Assembly: GCA_964589375.1 (NCBI GenBank)
Contig: CAZPSA010000006.1
Location: forward strand, 1 to 35,677
DNA from: an uncultured Clostridium sp.
GTDB lineage: Bacteria > Bacillota_I > Bacilli_A > RF39 > UBA660
Length of the DNA stretch: 35,677 bases
Direction of reading: 5' to 3'
The notes under the pieces were generated by a model. The model searched no databases. It had not been told where the DNA came from and worked only from the letters and a program-made list of their open reading frames with translations. The translations under genes and the position numbers were made by a program. Of the stretch, positions 1 through 9,094 are shown piece by piece. Position 1 is the stretch's first letter. Every line of letters starts with the position of its first letter.

Positions 1-56
1 AACACATCACCTATATAATTCTATTTTCTATCTAATTATATAAATGACCCCCCCGT

Positions 57-115
57 GTCAAGTTAATTTTTATACCTTAAAAAGTCTATGATGTTAACCT
101 CGAAAGTTAACAACC
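57..115. repeat. intergenic palindromic repeat copy
   Basis: GTCAAGTTAATTTT then TATACCTT then AAAAAGTCTATGATGTTAACC, continuing into the palindrome TGTTAACctcgaaaGTTAACA. The same two-part motif is at 19980-20022 and the second half is at 11397-11424. Confidence 0.4.
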
Positions 116-197
116 TTGAAATTTAATCTTGAAGTATAACCATAAAATATGTTATGATGTATTTGTCAAGGAAACTTGCATAAAATAAAAAAGAGAA

Positions 198-285
198 TAC
201 TTAACTGTGCATGCTTGAGTACTCGCTAATTGTGGCAAACACATCAATCTATGCTTTTATTAGATTGAGTGCTTTTTGTTTTTTA
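198..285 (+). ncRNA. candidate small RNA or attenuator ending in an intrinsic terminator
   Basis: TTGTCA (163-168) then a 17-nt spacer then TAAAAA (186-191) as a possible promoter. Hairpin tcaatcta (244-251) / tagattga (261-268) followed by gtgctttttgtttttt. No ORF on this strand. Confidence 0.25.
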
Positions 286-613
286 AACTTTACTTATAAC
301 TTAATAAAAAGTAAAGCGACTAATGAATAGATAATAATAAACAATAATATTGTATGAAAATCTCTTTTATTCATGTTATATCACGCTCCCATCTTTTTTA
401 AGATGGAGCGAGCACTCAATCTGTTAGGTATTTCCTAAAAAGTAATATATTATATTAATTATACTAAGCCAAGAAAAATACGCACATTCTTTCGTAAATA
501 ATATTTGCGATTTTTTAAAATTATTTAACAATTTTGCAGCAAAAAATTACACCCAAAAAACATTATACAATTAAAAAGTATACTTAATTCACCATAAATA
601 TACTTCTCATATT

Positions 614-1381
614 CTAAATATTTTGATAATGTTTTAATTCTTCTTTAGAAGATATTGAAATTGTTTCACTAAGTTTTACTTTTTTATTACCCACTTCATA
701 GATTAATAACTCATCATTATTATATTCCGTTTTTTTAGTATAGGAATTTAACTTTTTAAGTTCTTCTTCAGTTAATTTATCTAAATAAATAATCTTATAC
801 TTATCATTAGTTTTCTGTAATATGCTACTTAAAGCAGCTATATTAAAAGCATTTTCATAGTTTATTTTTTCATTAATTAAAGCAATATATTCCTTTTTCT
901 TACCCTTATATATACTTGTTAACTTTTTCATTGTTATTGAAGTATACTCGCTTAAGTCTACTGCTAATAAAGAACTGTACTCATCATCAGTAAGTTTATT
1001 AATCTTCTTAAAATTTTCGGTATAAGCAACATCTAAAGTTGGAAAATAAGTATTTTCTTTCTTATCAATTGTTAATATAAGTTCTTCTTTATCAAATGAG
1101 GCTATATATGCTTTCTTATTTCCACAACCTAACTTAACTACATTCGAACTACTATTAAAATGATAATTATGACAATTTTCAAATTCTACCATTGCTACAT
1201 TATTCTTTAAATATTCAAAATTATTATCCTTAAATGAAATTTGGTAAACATCTTCGCCTTCTACTGCATACCAACTATTATTAACAATATTATCATCTAA
1301 TTTATCACTAAAATCATAAATAAGTAATCCAAAAACAAAGAGTATTACTAAAATCACTAATAAAATAATATTTTTTTTCAT
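614..1381 (-). CDS. hypothetical protein with N-terminal signal-anchor
   Basis: 255-aa ORF. Hydrophobic N-terminus MKKNIILLVILVILFVFGLLIY. No recognisable motif. Confidence 0.5.
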   Translation of the reverse strand: MKKNIILLVILVILFVFGLLIYDFSDKLDDNIVNNSWYAVEGEDVYQISFKDNNFEYLKNNVAMVEFENCHNYHFNSSSNVVKLGCGNKKAYIASFDKEELILTIDKKENTYFPTLDVAYTENFKKINKLTDDEYSSLLAVDLSEYTSITMKKLTSIYKGKKKEYIALINEKINYENAFNIAALSSILQKTNDKYKIIYLDKLTEEELKKLNSYTKKTEYNNDELLIYEVGNKKVKLSETISISSKEELKHYQNI

Positions 1382-1401
1382 TTACTACTACACAACCTGT
1401 T

Positions 1402-2223
1402 CTATTTTAAAATAAAATATAAAATTACAATAATTCCTAAAATAATTCGATAATAGCCAAATGCTTTAAAATCATTATTCTTAATATACTTTAATAAGAA
1501 TTTTATGGCAATAAGAGATACGATAAAAGCTGTAATCATGCCAACACTTAAAATAATTATCTCATCTATTGTAAAATTAAAACCAAACTTTAAAAGTTTC
1601 AAAAGTGAAGCTCCAGCCATTACTGGAATTGATAAATAAAAGGTAAAATTTGTTGCGACCTTACGATCTAATCCTATCTCTAAACCACCAATAATAGTAG
1701 AACCACTTCTACTTGTTCCTGGAATTATGGAAAGTACTTGAAACACACCTATCTTTAAGGCATCTAAATAACTCAATTCTTTTATATCATTTACGCGAGC
1801 TTTTTTAGTTTTATTTTTATTTTCAACGATTAAAAACCATATACCATATATTATTAAAGTAACTGCTACTGTCCAAGGATTATAGAATTTGGCATTAATA
1901 TAATCATCAAATAATAATCCAATAATTGCACAAGGTACACAACCTATAATTATTTTAAACCATAAGTTAAATGTGTCCTTAGTGTCTTCTTTAGTTTTGT
2001 TAAATCCCCAAGGAAAAAGCACTTTAAAAGCAGTAAATACTACCGCCATAATAGCACCCAGTTGAATAACTACCTCAAACATTTCCCAAAATTTATCAGT
2101 AACATCTAATTTAATAAATTCATTTGCTAATATCATATGACCAGTACTACTTATTGGTAGCCACTCAGTCACACCCTCTATTATACCAATAATAATAGTT
2201 TTAACAATATTTTTTATTAACAT
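1402..2223 (-). CDS. uppP: undecaprenyl-diphosphate phosphatase UppP (BacA)
   Basis: 273 aa. Near-exact UppP N-terminal signature GIIEGVTEWLPISSTGHM plus FEVVIQLG. Multi-pass hydrophobic profile. Confidence 0.9.
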   Translation of the reverse strand: MLIKNIVKTIIIGIIEGVTEWLPISSTGHMILANEFIKLDVTDKFWEMFEVVIQLGAIMAVVFTAFKVLFPWGFNKTKEDTKDTFNLWFKIIIGCVPCAIIGLLFDDYINAKFYNPWTVAVTLIIYGIWFLIVENKNKTKKARVNDIKELSYLDALKIGVFQVLSIIPGTSRSGSTIIGGLEIGLDRKVATNFTFYLSIPVMAGASLLKLLKFGFNFTIDEIIILSVGMITAFIVSLIAIKFLLKYIKNNDFKAFGYYRIILGIIVILYFILK

Positions 2224-2285
2224 ATTTTATCCTCTTTTCATCTTTCTTTACATTTATAGCCTATTAATATATATATAATTACCTA

Positions 2286-3044
2286 TTATTTATTAATAGA
2301 TGTTTTATTTTTTTGAATTTTATATACTATTTTTAGTTGCAATGAATAAGGAATAAATCTAGAAAAGAAAATACCTAGTTTTATTTTTAAAGAAGGAATT
2401 ATAATCATTTTTCCTTTTAAAGTCTTATCTACTGCATATTTAGCTACATAAGTACTAGTTAATGCTTTAGTATTAAACTTTCCTCCAGCTACATTATTAA
2501 AATTTGTATCTACTGGTCCTGGACATAAAGCACTGACTTTAACTTTACTATTTCTAATTTTTAATTCTTCATTTATAGCCATTGATAATTTTAAGACATA
2601 GTTTTTAGATGCATAGTAAGTTCCTAAATATGGTCCTGCTAAGAAACCAGCAGATGATGCAACATTTAAAATTTTACCTTCATTTCTTTTTACCATATCT
2701 TTTAAAAATAATTTAGTTAAAACATGAACGGCCGTTATATTAAGGTTAATCATACTAAGTTCTTTGGCTAAGTCTGTTTCATCAAAATAACCAAATAAAC
2801 CAAAACCAGCATTATTAATTAAAAAATCTATCTTTTCATCTTTAACTTTTTCATATAAATTTAAAACTTCGTCTAAATTATTTAAATCGCATACTATGCT
2901 TTTCGCATTTTTGCACATTTTTTCAACATCTTTTAATTTATCTTTATTGCGGGCTACTAATATTAATTCATAGTTTAGTTCATTTAAATATAATGCGATG
3001 TCTTTGCCAATACCGCTACTAGCTCCTGTAATAAGTGCTTTCAT
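2286..3044 (-). CDS. short-chain dehydrogenase/reductase (SDR) family oxidoreductase
   Basis: TGASSGIGK Rossmann motif at the N-terminus, NNAG motif, and catalytic YxxxK (YYASK). Confidence 0.8.
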   Translation of the reverse strand: MKALITGASSGIGKDIALYLNELNYELILVARNKDKLKDVEKMCKNAKSIVCDLNNLDEVLNLYEKVKDEKIDFLINNAGFGLFGYFDETDLAKELSMINLNITAVHVLTKLFLKDMVKRNEGKILNVASSAGFLAGPYLGTYYASKNYVLKLSMAINEELKIRNSKVKVSALCPGPVDTNFNNVAGGKFNTKALTSTYVAKYAVDKTLKGKMIIIPSLKIKLGIFFSRFIPYSLQLKIVYKIQKNKTSINK

Positions 3045-3652
3045 TCTTTTATCATTTTCCTTTCAATAATTTTATTAATAACTTGTAATACAATAAAACC
3101 TAATATAAATCCACCAACTATATCTGATGCATAATGAACTCCTAAATATATTCTACTTATTCCAATTGATAATATAACAAATGAAAGTAACATCATAATT
3201 AGTAATTTAATATTTTTATTCATTTCACTATTCTTTATTAAATAAATTATTCCTCCATAAAAGCATATACTTCCCATTGCATGACCTGAAGGAAAACTAA
3301 ATCCAGTTTCTTCGATTAATCTTAATATTAAAGGTCGATTTCTTTGAATAATGTTTTTGACAATTAAATTAATTAAAGTTGATACAATCGTAAGTAATAT
3401 GATATATAATCCTCTTTTTTCTTGCCAAATTAAAGGAATAAGAAATAATAAGCAAAATATAATAATAGTTAAAGGATTAGCAAGTACTGTTATCATTTTC
3501 ATAATACTTGTTAAAGTACTACTTTTAAAACTAATAATAAAATTATATATTGTATTATCAAACCAACTAATATTATTAGTAATAATTAGAAATGTCCATA
3601 TAATAAATAAAACTATTAATAAAATGATTTTTATGTCTAAATTCTTCTTCAT
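3041..3652 (-). CDS. PAP2-family phosphatase, BcrC-like candidate undecaprenyl-pyrophosphate phosphatase
   Basis: All three PAP2 motifs are present: K..RNRP, PSGHAMGS and SRIYLGVHYASD. Multi-pass membrane protein whose start overlaps the SDR gene stop (ATGA). Confidence 0.8.
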   Translation of the reverse strand: MKKNLDIKIILLIVLFIIWTFLIITNNISWFDNTIYNFIISFKSSTLTSIMKMITVLANPLTIIIFCLLFLIPLIWQEKRGLYIILLTIVSTLINLIVKNIIQRNRPLILRLIEETGFSFPSGHAMGSICFYGGIIYLIKNSEMNKNIKLLIMMLLSFVILSIGISRIYLGVHYASDIVGGFILGFIVLQVINKIIERKMIKE

Positions 3653-3692
3653 AAAATAATTATATTAAATATTAAAAAAATTTACTAGATAA

Positions 3693-4124
3693 TTAGTAAA
3701 TCTCTTGACATATATTAGTCTCTGGTCGATAAAAGCAATGATTTTTATAGCTTCCAGAATATGGTTGATCATACCAGGTTACTTTACAAGTATTTTTTCC
3801 TGGTGCATAAAACCATAATGCATGAGTAGCAGGATAATAATATTCACCTTTTAAGCATCTTTTTGCTAAATCTTTTTCTTTTGTAGTACTACTTCCATTA
3901 AATAAAGAACTATTAATTCCCGAAAAACCCCCAGGACTTTGATAAACAACATCACTAATTGTTCGAATGTTTTTAAACGTATAGCAAGATGCTAATGCCC
4001 GATTTACAATTACATTACCAACCATAAGCATACCTAAATTTCCTTCATTTAAAGCTTCTGCTCGCATTAATCTGGCCATTAAATCAAGTTCTTTTGTAGT
4101 ATAGTTAATTACCATATATATCAC
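3693..4124 (-). CDS. cwlJ: CwlJ/SleB-family spore cortex-lytic cell wall hydrolase
   Basis: 143 aa. DLMARLMRAEALNEG..GMLMVGNVIVNR and a C-terminal HCFY..E..C segment match the CwlJ layout and length (B. subtilis CwlJ is 142 aa). Confidence 0.8.
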   Translation of the reverse strand: MIYMVINYTTKELDLMARLMRAEALNEGNLGMLMVGNVIVNRALASCYTFKNIRTISDVVYQSPGGFSGINSSLFNGSSTTKEKDLAKRCLKGEYYYPATHALWFYAPGKNTCKVTWYDQPYSGSYKNHCFYRPETNICQEIY

Positions 4125-4308
4125 CTAAAATATTGTATGTTATTAATAAATTTTTGCTAGTTTAACTTTTATTTTAATGCCTTATAATTAATAAGAGGTT
4201 TCACATTGATAAATTACGATATGTTTCAGAAAAAACTTGCTAAGTTAAAGATATATATGCTATAATTTTAAATGTTTACAGATATAAGTGTTTATATTGT
4301 AAATACTT

Positions 4309-4382
4309 AGGGAATTAGTTAAATGGTATAATAATGGTCTCCAAAACCACTGTTGGGAGTTCGATTCTCTCATTCCCTGCCA
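4309..4382 (+). tRNA. trnW: tRNA-Trp (anticodon CCA)
   Basis: 74-nt cloverleaf. Acceptor stem AGGGAAT/ATTCCCT (7 bp). Anticodon loop CT-CCA-AA. T-arm GGGAG-TTCGATT-CTCTC. Discriminator G plus encoded CCA. Confidence 0.85.
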
Positions 4383-4430
4383 TAAATCAGTACCGATTTA
4401 AGCCTTGTTTCTAATGGTTTAAGTCGTTTT

Positions 4431-4904
4431 TTATTTACAAACATAACCAGATGTTTTATAAGAATTAACTGCATTTTCAAAAGTTAAATCAGCCTTTGAA
4501 AAATCAATTCCTAATTTTTTTAACTCGGTCTGTGCTGATGCATTATTAACATCTCCACCATAAGTAACGATTACTTTGTCTTCAACTTCAACTTTAATAT
4601 TAAATCCATCATAAGCTTTATCTTTTTCAAAGCCTAAATTTTTATACATATTATTAATGAATTCCTGTTTTTGTTCTTCAGTTACATTGTCAAGATTATC
4701 GGCACCAAAAACTGATGGTTCATATTTATAAACTGCATCAAATCTTGAGACTTTACCATTAGTGCCACTTAAAGTAATAGTTTCGTGATGTGTACTTTCT
4801 TGTTTTGTACAAGTTGCTGTTTGATCTTCTATTTCAGTTTTTCCACAACCAGTTAATACTCCGACTATTATTACTGCTAATAATAAAGATATCTTCTTTT
4901 TCAT
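4431..4904 (-). CDS. lipoprotein
   Basis: Signal peptide with lipobox LTGC (MKKKISLLLAVIIVGVLTGCGK). Confidence 0.6.
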   Translation of the reverse strand: MKKKISLLLAVIIVGVLTGCGKTEIEDQTATCTKQESTHHETITLSGTNGKVSRFDAVYKYEPSVFGADNLDNVTEEQKQEFINNMYKNLGFEKDKAYDGFNIKVEVEDKVIVTYGGDVNNASAQTELKKLGIDFSKADLTFENAVNSYKTSGYVCK

Positions 4905-5006
4905 TACTGTTCCTCCTTGTATATATAATTATACTATAATTTAATTTATATTAAATATATTGAATAAAAATTCTAAAAAAGAAAGCCAAGTTGACTTTCT
5001 ACGAAG

Positions 5007-5627
5007 TTAATTTTTTTCTAGGTTGATATTTACTTTAGTTACTTCAATACCATATTTGCTTGTAATTGTTGAATTTAAAGCATTTAATTTTTCAGCACCA
5101 AATTCTTTTTCAGTTGATAATTCTGCATAAGTTTTAGAACCCATATTAGCAATGAATATTGCGTTAATTTGAGTATATATTGCGTTTGTCATTTTTTCAG
5201 TAGTTGTATAATTTTCAATAAATGTTTTACTATCAACTATTTTATAAGAATAAGTACCAGTTATTTTTAACTTCATACTTCCTTCGGTTGGATCTCTAAA
5301 TGCAATATTAGATTTACTGCTAAATTCGTTGCCAGTTATTTCATCTTTTTTTACAAAATAACACTTTGAAACTTCGGGTTTATTTTCTTCATTAAATTCT
5401 AATAGTCCATCAGTAAATTCTTTCATTTCAGAATTGCTATCAAAGTATGCAAAACTTTGTTTATCAGTTATATTGACATTAACGTCTTCCTTAAATAAAC
5501 TTACTTGTTCATCAGTACAAGTGTATAATAGATCATTACCATTATAACTTAATTCAGGTGTTTTAGAGCATCCAGTCATAAGACATAGTCCAAAAATACC
5601 AAGCAATATAGAAATTTTCTTCTTCAT
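5007..5627 (-). CDS. lipoprotein; the N-terminus looks like a paralog of the upstream lipoprotein
   Basis: MKKKISILLGIFGLCLMTGCSK lipobox. The first residues are the same as in the 4431..4904 product. Confidence 0.6.
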   Translation of the reverse strand: MKKKISILLGIFGLCLMTGCSKTPELSYNGNDLLYTCTDEQVSLFKEDVNVNITDKQSFAYFDSNSEMKEFTDGLLEFNEENKPEVSKCYFVKKDEITGNEFSSKSNIAFRDPTEGSMKLKITGTYSYKIVDSKTFIENYTTTEKMTNAIYTQINAIFIANMGSKTYAELSTEKEFGAEKLNALNSTITSKYGIEVTKVNINLEKN

Positions 5628-6084
5628 AGCATCCTCCTAATAATAATCACTAAACATTATAACTATAGCATTTTTTATATAAATTGAAAATAGTTCCGCA
5701 ATAAACTTATTCAATATAAAAAGCAAAATAGAAACTTCTGTTAATTATAAATTATTAATTAATTCATTATATTGATTAGATAAAGCAGCAGAATTAAATG
5801 ATATTTTTTCATCATCTATTTTCCATGAAACTTTATTATTTGCTAAAAAGTTAATTACTTTCTCTGAATTTTAGTGGAGAAAAATAATATCATTGATAGG
5901 GTTTTATATTGTTTTATCCTCTTTATCAGTTTCAATATCTTTTACAAATTCATCTTTATAAATACCTATATACACATTTTTGTCATTATTTTCTCAAACG
6001 TTGCCATTTATAAAAACAAAAAAGATGTAGTATAAAATTTGATGGGTGTGACAGACTACGCCCCTAGCATTAAGATTTTAGCGA

Positions 6085-6120
6085 ACTAATCTATTCGTTT
6101 AAGTAAGATTAGTTTTTGTA
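6085..6120 (+). terminator. plus-oriented intrinsic terminator with no upstream ORF
   Basis: Perfect 8-bp stem ACTAATCT (6085-6092) / AGATTAGT (6106-6113) with a 13-nt loop, followed by TTTTTGT. Confidence 0.4.
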
Positions 6121-6148
6121 CCAATTTTTTTATTGAAAAAATATTTAA

Positions 6149-6640
6149 TTAGTAATGGTTATTCTTTTCCTGTTTAATATAATCAATATCATATATATCT
6201 AAATCATTAATAGTTATTACTTTATGCTTTAAAGCCACACTAATAAGTTCTTCCTGACCATTTTCATATATTACAACCATATAATCATTCTTTATACAAC
6301 TCCAATAATATCTATATGTATCATCTTCATAAAATTCTTCTATTGCTTCGGCACAAGCAAAATCATTCATATTTTTAGTTTTATCAATAATATTTACTAT
6401 TTTACCAATATTAAGTTTAACATCAGAACAAGAAAATTTTGTTCCTTTTGCTTTTATTTGAGGAACACTATATTCAGCACAACTATAAGTATCATAAAAA
6501 AATCCTTTATAAACAGTTCCTTCTTCTTTTTGAATAGCAAATATTGGTCTATTTATTGTCAAAATACAAACTAAATCTAATCCAAATAATAAAACTATAA
6601 CTCCAAGTACTCCCAAAGTAATTTTAAATCCTTTTTTCAT
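6149..6640 (-). CDS. hypothetical membrane-anchored protein
   Basis: 163 aa. N-terminal TM segment MKKGFKITLGVLGVIVLLFGL and several Cys. No known motif. Confidence 0.5.
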   Translation of the reverse strand: MKKGFKITLGVLGVIVLLFGLDLVCILTINRPIFAIQKEEGTVYKGFFYDTYSCAEYSVPQIKAKGTKFSCSDVKLNIGKIVNIIDKTKNMNDFACAEAIEEFYEDDTYRYYWSCIKNDYMVVIYENGQEELISVALKHKVITINDLDIYDIDYIKQEKNNHY

Positions 6641-6898
6641 GTTTCCTCCTTTATAATAAATGATAACTTAATAAAAGTATAACACACATCATATTAAATT
6701 AATAATGGTTTAAGGTATTTTTTAACTTTGTCATAGCACAAATTTTAGGATTAGTGAGAATTTCCTTATCTATTATATGTTCCAAGTAAGCATCCTAATA
6801 AAAGTTTTTGTTATTAATTTTTTATATGTAATAATTGATTTTGATTAAAAGTTCATATAATATATTATATATGATTAAAAACGTAAAGGAGCAAATTA

Positions 6899-7407
6899 TG
6901 GAAAAAGACTTTAAAGCTTATGATTTATTTTGGCAACTATATCACGGCAATACTGAATTTCAAAAAGTTATAAAAGAAAATATGAAACTAGGAAAAATTA
7001 GATTTTTTAATGAAACTGAATGGGTTAAAATTAAAAGTCAAAACTATATTCCACCTACTAGCGATCTTCAGGAATTTATTGATATATTTATTAAAGGATA
7101 CAATATTGGTTCTTGTGGTACAACAGCAAGACAACTTAGTTATTCATATAATAATGTCAGCATTGTATCTGGAACATTACCTATTATAAAAGGAAGTAAA
7201 AATGCCGAACTTGAAGGTGGTCATGTTTGGCTAGAAGATGATGAAAATATTATTGATACATCCCTAATGTTAGTTATTGACTTAAGTTTAAAATCACAAA
7301 TTGGTTATCAAGAAGAACAAAGATTAACTCCTCAAATGCTTAGAAAAAGTAATGGATATCAAGCTCGAAAAGAGTTTGTAAGTGATGCTAGTTTAAAAAA
7401 ATCTTAA
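6899..7407 (+). CDS. hypothetical protein with a Cys/His pair that could be catalytic
   Basis: ATG at 6899 lies behind an AGGAG RBS (6886-6890); the track ORF started earlier, at 6835. Contains GSCGTTARQ and GGHVWLEDD segments. Confidence 0.5.
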
Positions 7408-7436
7408 TTAATTTAAGAAGTATTGATAAACTATCT

Positions 7437-7650
7437 ATGTCATTTGGAAAGCAAATTATCTTTGATGATTTAAATGTTAATTTTAAGTAAAATGATAAAT
7501 GTCATATAGTTGGAGTTAATGGAGCTGGTAAAACAACTCTTTTTTAATCTTATTTTAGATAAAAATTCTTCTCATAAAGGCAAAATATTGCCATACAATC
7601 TAGAAATTATAACCTATTACGAAACTATAAATAATCATTATTTTTTAAAT
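7437..7650 (+). pseudogene. ABC-F type ABC ATPase, truncated N-terminal remnant
   Basis: Translation MSFGKQIIFDDLNVNFK*NDKCHIVGVNGAGKTTLF. In the +1 frame it continues FNLILDKNSSHKGKILPYNLEI. Walker A GVNGAGKTT is present. There is an in-frame TAA, a frameshift in a T6 run near 7540, and under 80 codons remain of a protein normally over 500 aa. Confidence 0.6.
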
Positions 7651-7699
7651 AATCATAAATAATATTTGTTTTATTACTCATAATATAATGTGAGATTAA

Positions 7700-9094
7700 A
7701 TGAACCAGTTAAATAAAATATTAAATGAATTACAAGATACTCCTGATTTAATAACTCGTAAAATTAAATATAAATTAGGTTATGTCTATCTTTACTATAT
7801 TGAAACTATTAGTAGCAGTGATCGCGTTAATAGTTTTATTTTAGATAATTTGACAAATCCAATTAATAAGCCCAGCCTTAAAAATTTACTAGCAGCTCCA
7901 AACTTAAAAAAAATAAAAATTGAAGAATTTAAAAAATATCTTTTTAATGGTTTTACCATTATCAATTATTTTAATAAGCTATATGTAGTAGAAACTAGAG
8001 CTGATTTAGATCGTGGTGTATCATCACCTGAAACCGAACAAGATCTTTATGGTGCTAAAGATGCTTTCACGGAAAATTATCAAAAAAATATTGGTTTAAT
8101 TAAAAGAAGAATAAAATCTTCTCATTTAAAGATTAAAAATTTTCAAATTGGTAGATACACTATGACAAATACTGGTATGTTATATATAGATAATATTTGT
8201 AAAATACAACTAGTAAATGAATGTCAGAAAATATTAAATAAAATTGATACTGATGCTATTATAGATGCCGGAGAATTAAAGCAGTATTTAATAAAAGAAG
8301 GTAAAAATGTTTTTCCCTCAGTAAAACTTAGTGAAAGACCAGATATTATTGTAAGATCTTTATTAGAAGGTAAAATAGTAATTATCGTTGATACCTGTCC
8401 TTTTGCCATTATATTACCTATGGTTCTAGCGGACTTTATTAATCCTATTTCAGATAATTATGTTACTAGTTTTAATGCTAATATTTTAAAATTTTTACGA
8501 TTTATTTGTTTATTTATAACAATATTTACTCCGGCTTTATATATTGCCGTAGTTAATTTTAATCAAGAAACAATTCCGGCTACTTTATTAACATCTTTTA
8601 TAACACAAAGTGAAGGAGTGCCATTTCCTGCAACAATTGAAGCTTTTTTTACTTTATTTATATGTGAAATGTTAAGAGAAAGTGATATGCGCTTTCCTAC
8701 TAGTTTTTCCTCTTCCATTTCAATATTAGGGGCTTTAATTTTAGGAGATGCAGCAGTAAGTGCTAATGTTGTTAGTCCAATTATGATTATAGTAATGGCT
8801 TTAACTTTTATATCTTCCATGATTTTTAGTAATGTTGAACTTACAGGGGCAATACGTACTTGGCGGATAATTGCTCTACTATTTGCCTCATTTTATGGTC
8901 TTTTTGGAACAACTATTGCCTTCATATTTCTAATTGTTAGTCTCTCTTCTTATAATTCCTTTAATTTACCTTATACATTTCCCATTGCCCCATTTGACCT
9001 TGCTTATTTGAAAGATACATTAATTAGAGGTAAAAAGAAGAATGACAATAAAAGAAGTAAATACTTAACTAATAATATTAGAAAGCAAGGGTGA
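7700..9094 (+). CDS. spore germination receptor A subunit (GerA/GerKA family)
   Basis: 464 aa. Soluble N-terminal domain then TM segments at the C-terminus. First gene of a three-gene set with the C and B subunits. A-C-B order as in gerK. Confidence 0.8.
   Translation: MNQLNKILNELQDTPDLITRKIKYKLGYVYLYYIETISSSDRVNSFILDNLTNPINKPSLKNLLAAPNLKKIKIEEFKKYLFNGFTIINYFNKLYVVETRADLDRGVSSPETEQDLYGAKDAFTENYQKNIGLIKRRIKSSHLKIKNFQIGRYTMTNTGMLYIDNICKIQLVNECQKILNKIDTDAIIDAGELKQYLIKEGKNVFPSVKLSERPDIIVRSLLEGKIVIIVDTCPFAIILPMVLADFINPISDNYVTSFNANILKFLRFICLFITIFTPALYIAVVNFNQETIPATLLTSFITQSEGVPFPATIEAFFTLFICEMLRESDMRFPTSFSSSISILGALILGDAAVSANVVSPIMIIVMALTFISSMIFSNVELTGAIRTWRIIALLFASFYGLFGTTIAFIFLIVSLSSYNSFNLPYTFPIAPFDLAYLKDTLIRGKKKNDNKRSKYLTNNIRKQG

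Noticed and set aside
3351-3659. 102-aa plus-strand ORF antisense to the PAP2 phosphatase gene
   Set aside because: Shadow ORF in an AT-rich gene. No RBS and an Ile/Leu/Lys-rich composition.
7655-7699. Sigma-G-like -10 (CATAATA at 7679-7685) immediately upstream of the germinant receptor operon
   Set aside because: It lies only 14 nt from the annotated ATG, leaving no room for a TSS and RBS. In 75% AT intergenic DNA such heptamers occur by chance. It should be revisited if the true start codon is downstream.
8224-8820. Two minus-strand ORFs (8224..8409, 8563..8820) inside the GerA-family A-subunit gene
   Set aside because: Antisense to a well-supported CDS, with no independent signal.
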